Part shown: in pieces, positions 30,411 to 40,661 of the stretch
Layout: every line of letters begins with the position of its first letter
How positions within the stretch are numbered: the first letter of the stretch is position 1
Position numbers and translations under genes: made by a program
From: Candidatus Heimdallarchaeota archaeon
GTDB lineage: Archaea; Asgardarchaeota; Heimdallarchaeia; Heimdallarchaeales; Kariarchaeaceae
Assembly (NCBI GenBank): GCA_030149205.1
Contig: JASBSB010000001.1
Location: forward strand, 393,142-457,141
Reading direction: 5' to 3'
DNA length: 64,000 bases
Notes under the pieces: model-generated
What the model saw: only the letters and a program-made list of their open reading frames with translations
Told to the model about the DNA's origin: nothing
Databases searched by the model: none

Positions 30411-30510
30411 AAACTTCGCGTTAACTAGAAAATTTTTAATTATACGCGAAGATTTCTTGTTTTATTTTAAATAATTTTTTAACATCAATGGTATTTCGCG
30501 GGAAATTTCA
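30411..30510. promoter_or_regulatory. cluster of three TTCGCG-containing palindromic motifs upstream of the IcmF operon
   Basis: CTTCGCG (30414-30420) and its reverse complement CGCGAAG (30446-30452) form an inverted repeat with a 25-nt spacer. A further near-palindrome ATTTCGCGGGAAAT lies at 30494-30507. CGCG is otherwise rare in this AT-rich DNA. Confidence 0.25.
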
Positions 30511-30733
30511 AAATCAGTTCACCTGGTCATTTCAGAATCTTTTACGTTGTAAGCTCCAAAGCAAATATTTCAAGAGTAATTGACGCGCCATCACACCTTC
30601 AAGATTGTGTGCTATTTGAGTATTCAAACCATATGTGTTTTATTTGAAGGAGAATCAAAGAAATAAACTTATTCTACTCTTCTACTAATACCAAAAATAT
30701 TTAGAACTATAGCAATATAAGAGGATTGATTAT

Positions 30734-33700
30734 ATGCAACAACTAGCCGAGTCAGAGATTTACCATTCAAAACACAAGGTTCGTGTAATCACAGCAACCT
30801 CATTATTCGACGGTCATGATGCCACCATTAACATCATTAGGCGTATTCTACAAGATTCAGGAGCTGAAGTTATTCATTTAGGGCATAACAGAAGTGTTTG
30901 GGATGTAGTTAAAGCTGCAATTCAGGAGGATGCACAAGGAATCTGTGTCTCAAGCTATCAAGGAGGTCACATGGAATATTTCAATTACATGAGAGAACTG
31001 TTGGACAAGCTAGGAGCAAGTCACATTAAGATTTTTGGAGGGGGTGGGGGAGTTATAATTCCTGATGAAATCAAAAAACTGGAATCTTCAGGGATACAAA
31101 AGATATTTTCTCCAGATGATGGTAGGATACTAGGGCTTCAGGGTATGATAAATGTTATTTTAAAAGAGTGTGATTTTTCTACACCCTCAATAGATGTTCT
31201 CGACTCAAACAAAATTGAGGACACTTGGAAGAAGACTGCAAGTTTGATATCCTTAGCAGAAAGACAAAAATTTAACCCAACTTCGCAGAGTAGAGCCATC
31301 CCTGTAATTGGGATCACTGGAACAGGTGGAGCTGGAAAATCTTCTCTGACGGATGAGCTTGCCAGACGTGTCTCAATTGACTTTCCGAAAATTAAAATCG
31401 CAATTATATCAATTGACCCATCTAAGAGAAAGACAGGAGGAGCCCTGTTAGCAGATAGAATTAGGATGAACAGTTTGACTCATTCTGACATGATTTATAT
31501 GAGGTCTTTAGCGACAAGAAGAGCTAATTTTGCAACTAGTGAGGCTGCATTAAGTGCGATTGACATCTGTAAGGAGATGAATTATGACCTTATTATTTTA
31601 GAAACATCTGGGATTGGACAGTCAGGGTCAGAAGTCGTGGATATTGCAGATATCTCAATATATGTAATGACAACTGATTATGGTGCATCAACTCAGCTTG
31701 AAAAAATTGATATGATTGATTTTGCTGATTTTATTGTTATAAATAAATTTGAGCGACAGGGATCACTTGATGCACTAAGAGATGTTAGAAAGCAATACAG
31801 AAGATCTAGAAAGATTTTTGACACTGAAAAATACCCAGATGAAACTCTTCCAGTTTTTGGGACAATGGCAAGCCAATTTAATGATGCAGGAGTTAATTCA
31901 CTATATTTAGCTTTGTTGGGTCTAATCAATGATCGATTCGATAATTTAGAGTTTATTTCAAATTTGGATAAGGAACATCAGTTACCAACCGGCATCTCTA
32001 CCCGTAATGTTATAGTCCCACCGGAACGAGTTAGATATCTCTCAGAAATTTCAGAGACGATTCGGGGTTATAAAAATCAAGCGAAAGAACAAGCAGAACT
32101 AGCAAGAGAGTTATGGCATCTTATCTCCGTTAGAGATAGGTTGGTAAACACTAGTCAACCTACGGAGCTTATTAACTTATTAAACAAAGATATTGACGAA
32201 TTATTTACCAATTTAAACTCAGATGTGGCTGACATCATTGATAACTGGAATGAGGTAAAATCCAGATATCAAAATCCAGAGTTTGTTTACAAAGTTAGAG
32301 GGAAAGATATTAAGGTGAAAACATCAACAGAGTCACTTTCACACCTACAAATCCCTAAAGTTGCCCTCCCAAGGTACAAAGATTGGGGAGAAATTGTATC
32401 CTGGACTTTATTAGAAAATGTTCCTGGGGAATTTCCCTTTACTGCAGGAGTTTATCCATTCAAGCGAACTCAAGAAGACCCAACAAGGATGTTTGCTGGT
32501 GAAGGCCCACCAGAGAGAACAAACAAGAGATTTCATTATTTATCTGATGGTCAACCTGCTGCAAGATTATCTACAGCATTTGACTCAGTAACATTGTATG
32601 GTGAGGATCCAAATGAGAGGCCAGACATTTTTGGGAAAATTGGAGAGAGTGGAGTTTCTATCTGTACAATCGAAGATATGGAAAGACTGTATGCTGGATT
32701 TAATTTGTGTTCTCCTAAAACATCAGTCAGTATGACAATAAATGGCCCTGCTCCGATAATGCTTGCATTTTTCTTCATGACTGCCGTCCGTCAGCAGGTC
32801 AGAAAATGGGTGGTTGACCAAGGGCTGTTAAAGCCAATGGAGGCATTTGTGGTCTCAGGTGATGGGAGGGTTGGTTACGATGTTCATCTGGGAACTAGTC
32901 TAACTGTTGAAAAAAATCTCACAAAGAGTTGGGAGGAAATCAAGAAACTGGTACCCAACGATATCTATGAGGAAATTAAATCTCAAACATTTACCTCTGT
33001 TAGAGGCACAGTACAGGCAGATATTCTTAAAGAAGATCAAGCACAAAACACCTGTATATTTTCCACCTTCTTTTCACTGAAGATGATGGGGGATATTCAA
33101 GAATATTTTGTGAATCATAATGTGAAGAATTACTATTCTGTATCAATCTCTGGGTATCATATTGCTGAGGCTGGAGCAAACCCTATAACCCAGACAGCAT
33201 TCACACTTGCTAACGGATTCACATATCTAGAGTATTATAGAGCTAGAGGGTTGGATGTAGATAAATTTGCACACAACTTCTCATTCTTTTTCTCAAATGG
33301 TCTTGACCCAGAGTACAGTGTCATAGGTAGAGTCGCTAGAAGAATCTGGGCTGTGGCTTTAAAACACAAGTATAATGCAGGGAAGAGAAGCCAAATGTTG
33401 AAATACCACATACAAACAAGTGGAAGAAGTTTACATGCACAAGAGGTTGATTTTAATGATATTCGAACGACCTTACAGGCACTTTTGGCAATTTATGACA
33501 ATTGTAATTCACTTCACACAAATGCATATGATGAGGCTGTCACAACGCCTACAGAGGAATCTGTGAGAAGGGCAATGGCTATTCAGTTAATTATTAACAG
33601 GGAGTTTGGGTTAACCACAAATGAAAATCCCAACCAAGGTTCATATATTATTGAAGAACTAACAGAATTGGTAGAAGAAGCCATTCTATCTGAGTTTGAC

Positions 33701-34105
33701 AGGCTAACTGAAAGAGGGGGGGTGTTAGGAGCAATGGAAACCCAGTATCAACGTGGTAAAATACAAGAAGAGTCATTATATTATGAGACGTTAAAAGCAA
33801 CTGGAGACCTTCCGATTATGGGAGTAAACACTTTTTTGAACCCTCATCGTAAGAGCAATACACTTGAGGTCCCCTCACTAATTCGAGCATCACACGAAGA
33901 AAAAACACTTCAAATCAATAGATTAAGAGAATTTCAGTCAAAACATAAGGATCTAGCTGTTGAGTCCCTTAAGCAATTACAAAAAGTATCAATAGAGGGT
34001 AAAAATATTTTTGAAGAGCTACTTCAAACAGTTGAGAGCTGTAGTCTTGGTCAGATAAGCAAAGCATTGTATGATGTAGGTGGAGAATATAGAAGAAATC
34101 TATAG
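30734..34105 (+). CDS. icmF: fused isobutyryl-CoA mutase-like protein (B12-binding domain + MeaB-type G-protein + acyl-CoA mutase barrel)
   Basis: N-terminal B12 domain [24 protein letters not shown]...GHNRSV. MeaB/ArgK-like P-loop [13 protein letters not shown] with a NKFE(R) motif. C-terminal ~560 aa mutase substrate domain. The domain order matches IcmF rather than split MCM + MeaB. Confidence 0.8.
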   Translation: MQQLAESEIYHSKHKVRVITATSLFDGHDATINIIRRILQDSGAEVIHLGHNRSVWDVVKAAIQEDAQGICVSSYQGGHMEYFNYMRELLDKLGASHIKIFGGGGGVIIPDEIKKLESSGIQKIFSPDDGRILGLQGMINVILKECDFSTPSIDVLDSNKIEDTWKKTASLISLAERQKFNPTSQSRAIPVIGITGTGGAGKSSLTDELARRVSIDFPKIKIAIISIDPSKRKTGGALLADRIRMNSLTHSDMIYMRSLATRRANFATSEAALSAIDICKEMNYDLIILETSGIGQSGSEVVDIADISIYVMTTDYGASTQLEKIDMIDFADFIVINKFERQGSLDALRDVRKQYRRSRKIFDTEKYPDETLPVFGTMASQFNDAGVNSLYLALLGLINDRFDNLEFISNLDKEHQLPTGISTRNVIVPPERVRYLSEISETIRGYKNQAKEQAELARELWHLISVRDRLVNTSQPTELINLLNKDIDELFTNLNSDVADIIDNWNEVKSRYQNPEFVYKVRGKDIKVKTSTESLSHLQIPKVALPRYKDWGEIVSWTLLENVPGEFPFTAGVYPFKRTQEDPTRMFAGEGPPERTNKRFHYLSDGQPAARLSTAFDSVTLYGEDPNERPDIFGKIGESGVSICTIEDMERLYAGFNLCSPKTSVSMTINGPAPIMLAFFFMTAVRQQVRKWVVDQGLLKPMEAFVVSGDGRVGYDVHLGTSLTVEKNLTKSWEEIKKLVPNDIYEEIKSQTFTSVRGTVQADILKEDQAQNTCIFSTFFSLKMMGDIQEYFVNHNVKNYYSVSISGYHIAEAGANPITQTAFTLANGFTYLEYYRARGLDVDKFAHNFSFFFSNGLDPEYSVIGRVARRIWAVALKHKYNAGKRSQMLKYHIQTSGRSLHAQEVDFNDIRTTLQALLAIYDNCNSLHTNAYDEAVTTPTEESVRRAMAIQLIINREFGLTTNENPNQGSYIIEELTELVEEAILSEFDRLTERGGVLGAMETQYQRGKIQEESLYYETLKATGDLPIMGVNTFLNPHRKSNTLEVPSLIRASHEEKTLQINRLREFQSKHKDLAVESLKQLQKVSIEGKNIFEELLQTVESCSLGQISKALYDVGGEYRRNL

Positions 34106-34168
34106 ATTCAGGAACAACATAATTTAAGCAAGACACAATTTTAAAAACCAATTTTTCATAGGGATATT

Positions 34169-35596
34169 ATGGTATTATTTGCGAAGGAAATTTTTCATCA
34201 AGATTATGAAATAGATGAATGCTACTATGAAAAAGCTAGAAATTCTATCCTTCATTCTCAGGTAAAGGCATTCTTTAACTTGACAAATGATCAAATAGTT
34301 GAACGGTATTCATATTTAAACCCACATGTCAACAAGGATGAACTACATAAACTCCTCACAAAATATAAACCTGCAAACTTTCGATGGGCTGGTGCAGACC
34401 TTTTTCCTGTAACAAGTCAACAGGGAAACCGTGGTTTGTTGGTGATAGAAACAAACTCTTGTCCTTCAGGACAAAAGTCATTTCCTATGAGGGATGAGGC
34501 AGATGATTATAGAGGATATAAAACCCTTATTGAGGAGTCATTCTTACCCTACATTAAGAATAGCTCAATTGATGGAAAGGTTGCAATAATTTTTGATAAA
34601 AACCACATGGAAGCATTAGGATACGCTATAACGATTTCTGAGGCAATCAATGAATCAGTCCTACTCGTAGAGGATTACTCTAATGATATTGATTCTCCAG
34701 TCCAAATCAGAGATGGGGTAATTTTTGTTAAAGATGAAAGCTCAAATTGGATTCAGATTAAAGCAGTATTTAGATATGTTACACAGAAACCTTGGAACAG
34801 GATTCCCATACAGACTAAAACTTTGATCTACAATCCTATCATCGCCTGTCTTGCCGGAGGAAGAAATAAGTTAATTGCTGCAAAAGCTTATGACATATTT
34901 AACGGAGATTTGGCAGGATATGGCTTGAAGTTGAGTTACCCTGAAACTATTTGGGACGTATCACATGAAGAGATCCCATTATGGGTAGAGAGAATGGGTG
35001 GTAGAGCCGTAATAAAGATTCCATATTCTAATGCAGGTCAAGGAGTGTTCACCATCACAAGTGAGGATGAGCTTAATGAATTTATGGGGAAGGAGTCTCA
35101 ATATGAGAAATACATTGTACAGCCATTAATAGGACCCTCTCATTGGGAAAGAGAAAGCATTGTACAGAGGTATTTTCACTTAGGTACGATTCCTAACAAG
35201 AAATTAGAGTCATACATTTTTGACTTACGGATGATGATCTGCCATACTCCCTCAGGATACAAACCTGTGGCAATCTACGCAAGACGAGCAAAAGAGAAGA
35301 TTCATGAGGAAGTCAGGGACTCCTGGGATATGATTGGGACAAATCTATCACAAAAAATTGGAGAAAACAAATGGAAATCTGATACTTCTCGTTTACTAAC
35401 TATGGATACTAAGGAATTCAATAGGTTAGGACTTAGTTTAGACGATTTAATTGGAGGATATATTCAAACAGTTTTTGCTGCAATCGCTATTGATAGATTG
35501 TCTCAAAAATTGTTAAATGATGATTCTATGTTGGACATAGACCTCTTCAGGTCACTGAACCCTGATGATAAATTGATATCTGAAATTTTGAAATAA
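34169..35596 (+). CDS. ATP-grasp fold ligase-like protein
   Basis: The central region KLIAAKAYDIFNGDLAGYGLKLSYPE...MGGRAVIKIPYSNAGQGVFTITSEDELNEFMG...YIVQPLIG has the pre-ATP-grasp/ATP-grasp layout (K-x-n..G.P.....PvViKp..g..G.Gv..v). Starts 64 nt after icmF. Confidence 0.4.
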   Translation: MVLFAKEIFHQDYEIDECYYEKARNSILHSQVKAFFNLTNDQIVERYSYLNPHVNKDELHKLLTKYKPANFRWAGADLFPVTSQQGNRGLLVIETNSCPSGQKSFPMRDEADDYRGYKTLIEESFLPYIKNSSIDGKVAIIFDKNHMEALGYAITISEAINESVLLVEDYSNDIDSPVQIRDGVIFVKDESSNWIQIKAVFRYVTQKPWNRIPIQTKTLIYNPIIACLAGGRNKLIAAKAYDIFNGDLAGYGLKLSYPETIWDVSHEEIPLWVERMGGRAVIKIPYSNAGQGVFTITSEDELNEFMGKESQYEKYIVQPLIGPSHWERESIVQRYFHLGTIPNKKLESYIFDLRMMICHTPSGYKPVAIYARRAKEKIHEEVRDSWDMIGTNLSQKIGENKWKSDTSRLLTMDTKEFNRLGLSLDDLIGGYIQTVFAAIAIDRLSQKLLNDDSMLDIDLFRSLNPDDKLISEILK

Positions 35597-35597
35597 C

Positions 35598-36632
35598 TTA
35601 TGGCTGAGATAATGGTGGAGGGTCTCCGATTACACCTAAATGGATGATCCTATCACCAGTTGAGACGACTGGGTTAACATTTTTTCCAACAATGATGCCA
35701 GCCTCTGGGGATTTATAAGTGATATCATCTCTGCCATAAATATCTCTTAAGGTGGCAATTACAGAACCTTCCTCTATTTTTTCAATAAGTTTTGGGTAGA
35801 CCTCCAATATGCCTCCATCAAAACAACGTACCCAATATGATTTTTTACAAATTACTGGGGGAATTCTAGGTTGTATGATGTCACCGTCCATCATTTTCAG
35901 ATATTTCATAACATTTTCAATTGAATGAATACCTTCAACGGTTAGTTTATTCTGAAATACCTGAGGATTTCCAAGTTCAATCGTTATTGCAGGATGACCA
36001 CTTTTGACTGAAGCGCTCCGAAATGAACCTACTGGCCCTTTTGTATGAACAATTATTTGAGCATGTTGTAGAGAAGCTAGTTCGTTAACCACAGGATGTG
36101 TGAGATCAGCCCGTATATAATGGGAATTAATTCTTCCAAATGAAGCAGTATGAAGGTCAATGTGATAATCAAAATAAGCTGCTATCCTTGAAAATATACT
36201 ATGGGCGTACTCCTGTGATGGAGTCCCTCTTGCTTTACCAGGCATTATTCTGTTTAAATCTTTCCCATCAATAAACTCACGTTTATAATTTAGGTATCCC
36301 GGAATGTTAATAACTGGAACACCTATAATAGTACCTTTAAGCTCATTTGGATCCAAAGAGTGAAATATTTCATGAATTATTGGAATCCCATTTATTTCGT
36401 TTCCGTGGATCGCAGCAGTAATACCTAGAACGGGTCCAGGTTTTTTCCCCTTAATTGCGAGAATAGGTGCCCCTATCTTTCTACCAAGCCTATCCTCAAA
36501 CAAATCAATTGAACCGAAGGATAAAACTTCCTCTGGAATTTTATTTATATCTAATCGGGTATTCTGCCAATCAATTCCCTGATTTTCTTTAAAATGACTA
36601 CTTGGTCCCACAATCATAAAATCGTGCAACAC
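35598..36632 (-). CDS. succinylglutamate desuccinylase/aspartoacylase (AstE/AspA, M14-like) family deacylase
   Basis: Motif ITAAIHGNEINGIPIIHEIF, i.e. the zinc-ligand H-G-N-E box of the AstE/AspA family. Length 344 aa fits. Confidence 0.65.
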   Translation of the reverse strand: MLHDFMIVGPSSHFKENQGIDWQNTRLDINKIPEEVLSFGSIDLFEDRLGRKIGAPILAIKGKKPGPVLGITAAIHGNEINGIPIIHEIFHSLDPNELKGTIIGVPVINIPGYLNYKREFIDGKDLNRIMPGKARGTPSQEYAHSIFSRIAAYFDYHIDLHTASFGRINSHYIRADLTHPVVNELASLQHAQIIVHTKGPVGSFRSASVKSGHPAITIELGNPQVFQNKLTVEGIHSIENVMKYLKMMDGDIIQPRIPPVICKKSYWVRCFDGGILEVYPKLIEKIEEGSVIATLRDIYGRDDITYKSPEAGIIVGKNVNPVVSTGDRIIHLGVIGDPPPLSQP

Positions 36633-37083
36633 AATTTAAACCATATTAAACTTAAATTATCTAATTGTATTTTTTGTGTTAATATGTTGGTAGCGAATTT
36701 CCATCGATCAACGTATCAACATTCATAGATTAATTAATATCTTTGGTCTGAAAATTTAAGAGGCTTTGATCGTCTAATATTAAATAAGAGCAATTTAACT
36801 TTTTTCTGATAACCTATTACCCTTTATCGTTAAAAATTAGCCTTAAGATCTAAACCATTAAAATTCAAATTATTGGCTCGATTGTTTCTTACTTCTTGAG
36901 TTATGGGGAGGTAACGGATGACTTATCAGATAAACTGTGAGACAAAGTGAATATATATCAGAAAAGTGAGTTTAGATCTATAGAAACATAGGTTTTTGTC
37001 CGTTTAATCGATAATTATTCATAAAATATTTAATATTTAGGAGAATTAGAGTATACTTTATATAGTTAAATACATATCAAATA

Positions 37084-37422
37084 TTGATACATATGTGGCA
37101 TACACTTGATGGATATTGGTACATGATGAATTATGCGTGGATGTGGATTTCAATGTATATCGTTGTAATCCTTACATTAGCGTTTATTAGTTCAAGAAGA
37201 GATGAGAACACGTTTTTATGGGTCTTACTTTTTATATTCTTCCCTATGATGTCTATTTTCGTTTATTTGATATATATAGTCATTCAGCAACCAGAAGAAT
37301 CTAAAATAACAACTACTCCGGAGACAAACCAAACAAACAATACTTCAAAGTACTGTTCTGAATGTGGGGCCATGAATCCAAGAATTGCGAAATTCTGTAC
37401 GGAATGTGGAACTACCTTCTAG
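37084..37422 (+). CDS. small membrane protein with C-terminal zinc ribbon
   Basis: Two TM helices, then KYCSECGAMNPRIAKFCTECGTTF. The C-x-x-CG...AKFC-x-x-CG arrangement matches the protein at 14352-15137. Confidence 0.4.
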   Translation: MIHMWHTLDGYWYMMNYAWMWISMYIVVILTLAFISSRRDENTFLWVLLFIFFPMMSIFVYLIYIVIQQPEESKITTTPETNQTNNTSKYCSECGAMNPRIAKFCTECGTTF

Positions 37423-37484
37423 AACAGGAAAAGATATTTCAAATTATTCACTTTTCCCTAACTATTAACTACCTGTAAAGCGGG

Positions 37485-39245
37485 ATGTTTTTTTACCCTG
37501 AACTAAGTTTAACTTACAGAATGAAAACTAGCGAAATAACAGGAAAGGGTTTAAATTATGAGAATATACCCCCGGTTTTAACTGAGGAAGAATACTCACC
37601 AAGGGCATTATTTTTAAATCAAAATGAAGAATTTAAAGTTCAAACTGATAAAGCCCATGTATTTTTAGTTTATAACAAATCGGACAGTTCTACTCCTTGG
37701 CAAATTTTGAAAAATTCGACATCCTTTCTACTCCGGGCTGAACAGGATGGAGAGGCTCTTTTCATCTTTCCTGAGACATTAACTCTAATTTTGGACCTTC
37801 ATCTTAATGGAACAACTAAATCCATTAGAACAACTTTTGATGCAACATTAATTGAAGTCATTGCTACGCTGTTTAAATCATCAACTCCCACCACAATAAT
37901 CAAAAATTTAACAGCCAAAATTAAGATGATTCTTGAAGGATATTTTATTAGCGAAACTCAAAAATTTGAGGAAATAACTCTGGATAGTCAATTTTCAATA
38001 TCAAATGAAATGCTGGATAAGATTGAGATGAAACTTAGTCTCTATGGTTTAAAACTACTCGCGATTGAGGAAGCACCTGTAGAAGAACAAGAATCTATAC
38101 TCCTTGTTGATTTTTATGGTGAAACCCCTGAAGAGCGAGAAGAGATCAAGCCTATTCAATTCATCCCTGAAGAAAAAATGGTGAACCATGAGCCTGAACT
38201 AACACAAGAAATAGAAAATGAGAAAAAAACACCGACTGAGAAACTTCATACGGTTCCTAAGGAAATATCAAAAGAAGATTCAACTAAAGTGGAAGAAAGT
38301 TATGAATTACCCTCTGCTCCAAAATCAGAATCAATGGAAGCAGTTATGTTATCTGATGGAAAGAATGAAGATCTGCATCTAGAAGTACCTACCGCTGGTG
38401 GAGAACAATCACTATTCGAAGAAGAAATTGTAGATCAACCACCTCCTCCAGTTCCAGAGCCTTCTCAAGTAAAGAAAAAAACACAGGCACCTAAACCCAA
38501 AGTATCAAGAAGAATGAGAGGGGGTACAGTAAAGGAGACTGAAGAAATCCCCTCAATTGAGGGTCTTGATTCTTCAGAAACATTGAATGAAGAACTTTTC
38601 CCAGAGAGATTGATGGAAGCAGGTTCACCGCTGACGTCGATAAAAAACATTTCATGTACTTGGTATAATCAAATGATTGTAAATAAGACCTACCCTATTT
38701 TGCTCAAGATCTCAGACAGGGAACAGGACAAAAAAAGAAAGATGTCATCATTTATATCAGGGGAACAAATCACTCAGGAGCATCTCTCAGTTAAATTTGA
38801 TCCTGATTTAGATATACAAATCAGGGCTGAGTTTCCAGGTTGTCTTGTGACACCTCTTGATCGCACATTCTCTCCTAAGGAGAAAGACGTAATGCTTCGC
38901 TTCTATGTTACCCCTTTAGTTAAGGGAAAAGTTGATGCATCAATCACATTTATTCAAAACGGTAAAACCGTCGATTCAATACCTTTGAATGGCAAAGTTG
39001 GAGATCATCGTGTAGCAAAAATTATTTCATCTGTAGGTGTTTTAGTAAGTGTACTTCCCTCCTTTTTTGCATTCTTGTTTGGGGTAACTGTTCAAGAATT
39101 TCTCAGCAAAAGGGTTGGTTCAGACTTTTCAGTTATTTGGAACATCGGAACAATCTTTGGTGGGTTATTTTTGATCTTGCTAGGATTGATCCTGTATAGG
39201 ATGGAGTATGAAAAGTCAAAGAGGAAGACGTATTTTGAAAATTAA
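37485..39245 (+). CDS. hypothetical protein with acidic/proline-rich central linker and C-terminal TM anchors
   Basis: 586-aa ORF with globular N- and C-domains. The linker is E/P/K-rich (PPPPVPEPSQVKKKTQAPKPK). Two C-terminal hydrophobic helices. Confidence 0.4.
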   Translation: MFFYPELSLTYRMKTSEITGKGLNYENIPPVLTEEEYSPRALFLNQNEEFKVQTDKAHVFLVYNKSDSSTPWQILKNSTSFLLRAEQDGEALFIFPETLTLILDLHLNGTTKSIRTTFDATLIEVIATLFKSSTPTTIIKNLTAKIKMILEGYFISETQKFEEITLDSQFSISNEMLDKIEMKLSLYGLKLLAIEEAPVEEQESILLVDFYGETPEEREEIKPIQFIPEEKMVNHEPELTQEIENEKKTPTEKLHTVPKEISKEDSTKVEESYELPSAPKSESMEAVMLSDGKNEDLHLEVPTAGGEQSLFEEEIVDQPPPPVPEPSQVKKKTQAPKPKVSRRMRGGTVKETEEIPSIEGLDSSETLNEELFPERLMEAGSPLTSIKNISCTWYNQMIVNKTYPILLKISDREQDKKRKMSSFISGEQITQEHLSVKFDPDLDIQIRAEFPGCLVTPLDRTFSPKEKDVMLRFYVTPLVKGKVDASITFIQNGKTVDSIPLNGKVGDHRVAKIISSVGVLVSVLPSFFAFLFGVTVQEFLSKRVGSDFSVIWNIGTIFGGLFLILLGLILYRMEYEKSKRKTYFEN

Positions 39246-39296
39246 TTATTATATTTAATTGGGGAATAGCGAAAAAATGTTAAAGATTCCAATTTA

Positions 39297-40025
39297 TTGA
39301 AATTAGTGAAGCAAAACAAACTTAGGAACATAAATACATTATTTTTTGACTTAGATGGTACACTTTTAGATCTTTCAGATGAGAATTTTGAGAAAGTATA
39401 TGCCTATGAAGCTGCAATGATTTTTAAAGATATTATTGACCCAAAAATTTTCGTTAAGTTACTTATTGAAAGCACCGTTGAAATGATGAAAAGTCGAGGA
39501 GAGAAGTTACTGATTGATGTGTTCTATGAATTTTTTTGTCCAAAGGTTGGATTAAAAGAAGATGAGGTTCAGAATCGATTCTTGAGGTTTTACGAAACCT
39601 CATTTGATAAATTAAAGTTGGTGTCAAAAAGAATTAACGGAGTTCCTGACTTAATAAGGAAACTCAATGACAGAGGTTATAAGCTGGTTTTAGCAACACA
39701 ACCTTTCTTTTATGAGTTAGCAACCATTAAAAGAATAAGATGGGCAGGATTGGAACCTGATCAGTTCTTATATTTTACCCATATTGAAAATAGTAGTGTG
39801 GCAAAACCGAACCCCCTGTATTTTGAACAACTTGCAAACATCACCAAATCAAAACCTGAAGAAATTTTAATGATAGGGAATGACTACCTATATGACTTAT
39901 CAGCAAAGAAATTAGGCATTTCTACATGGATGACCCCTCAAAATCAATCAAATCTTGAGTACAAAGATAAAATGAGCCCAGATTTTGAACTTCCACTATT
40001 AGAACTCTTAGATTTCCTACCTTAG
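39297..40025 (+). CDS. HAD-superfamily hydrolase
   Basis: Motif I LFFDLDGTLLD near the N-terminus and a C-terminal G-N-D motif (MIGNDYLYDL), the HAD catalytic signatures. Confidence 0.65.
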   Translation: MKLVKQNKLRNINTLFFDLDGTLLDLSDENFEKVYAYEAAMIFKDIIDPKIFVKLLIESTVEMMKSRGEKLLIDVFYEFFCPKVGLKEDEVQNRFLRFYETSFDKLKLVSKRINGVPDLIRKLNDRGYKLVLATQPFFYELATIKRIRWAGLEPDQFLYFTHIENSSVAKPNPLYFEQLANITKSKPEEILMIGNDYLYDLSAKKLGISTWMTPQNQSNLEYKDKMSPDFELPLLELLDFLP

Positions 40026-40597
40026 ATGATTTCACTCTCAAACTCTTCTTCTAATTCTGAACTGGTAGATAGAAGCTGACCTAGATTTTCAAATATTTCA
40101 ATTAAGTTATCATCATTTTTTATTGAATATTCATAGAGAAAAATTTCATTCGACCAAGTCTTTGAGATTTTCTCCATCAATGACTTCACATCTGATATAC
40201 TAAAGTCAGCTTCATTAGTTAAATCAATCTTGTTAACAAGAAAAACCAAAATAGGAGACCCACAATGCTTTTCGACCTGTGGGAGCCAGTCATTAACTGC
40301 GTTTAATGATACAAAATTGGTTAAATCGATCAAAAAAATTACAACAGAAGTTCCTCTTAAATACATTTCAATCAAAGATTTGTAAGAAAGTTGTGATCCA
40401 AGTTCCCAAATGCTAAACAGAAAACTATTACCTGCGTATTGCATTGGAAAACTTTCGATTTGCACTGGAGTGGTGGGGATATATTTCTCAGAAAATTTCT
40501 GATAGATGAGTTTGTTAATTAAACTAGTTTTCCCGGTTCTGGAACTACCTAATAACAAAATCTTGAATATATATTGAGTGTCCACCATTCGAACCAT
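40022..40597 (-). CDS. Ras-superfamily small GTPase (Arf/Rab-like)
   Basis: G1 LLGSSRTGKTSL, a conserved Thr in the switch-I region (PTTPV), G3-like WELGSQ (compare WDTAGQ / WDVGGQ) and G4 NKIDL. Confidence 0.75.
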   Translation of the reverse strand: MVRMVDTQYIFKILLLGSSRTGKTSLINKLIYQKFSEKYIPTTPVQIESFPMQYAGNSFLFSIWELGSQLSYKSLIEMYLRGTSVVIFLIDLTNFVSLNAVNDWLPQVEKHCGSPILVFLVNKIDLTNEADFSISDVKSLMEKISKTWSNEIFLYEYSIKNDDNLIEIFENLGQLLSTSSELEEEFESEII

Positions 40598-40661
40598 TCA
40601 TTATATTCTTTAAAATAATTTATATTATAATACACAAAATAATTTAGTTCTTATGAAATTA

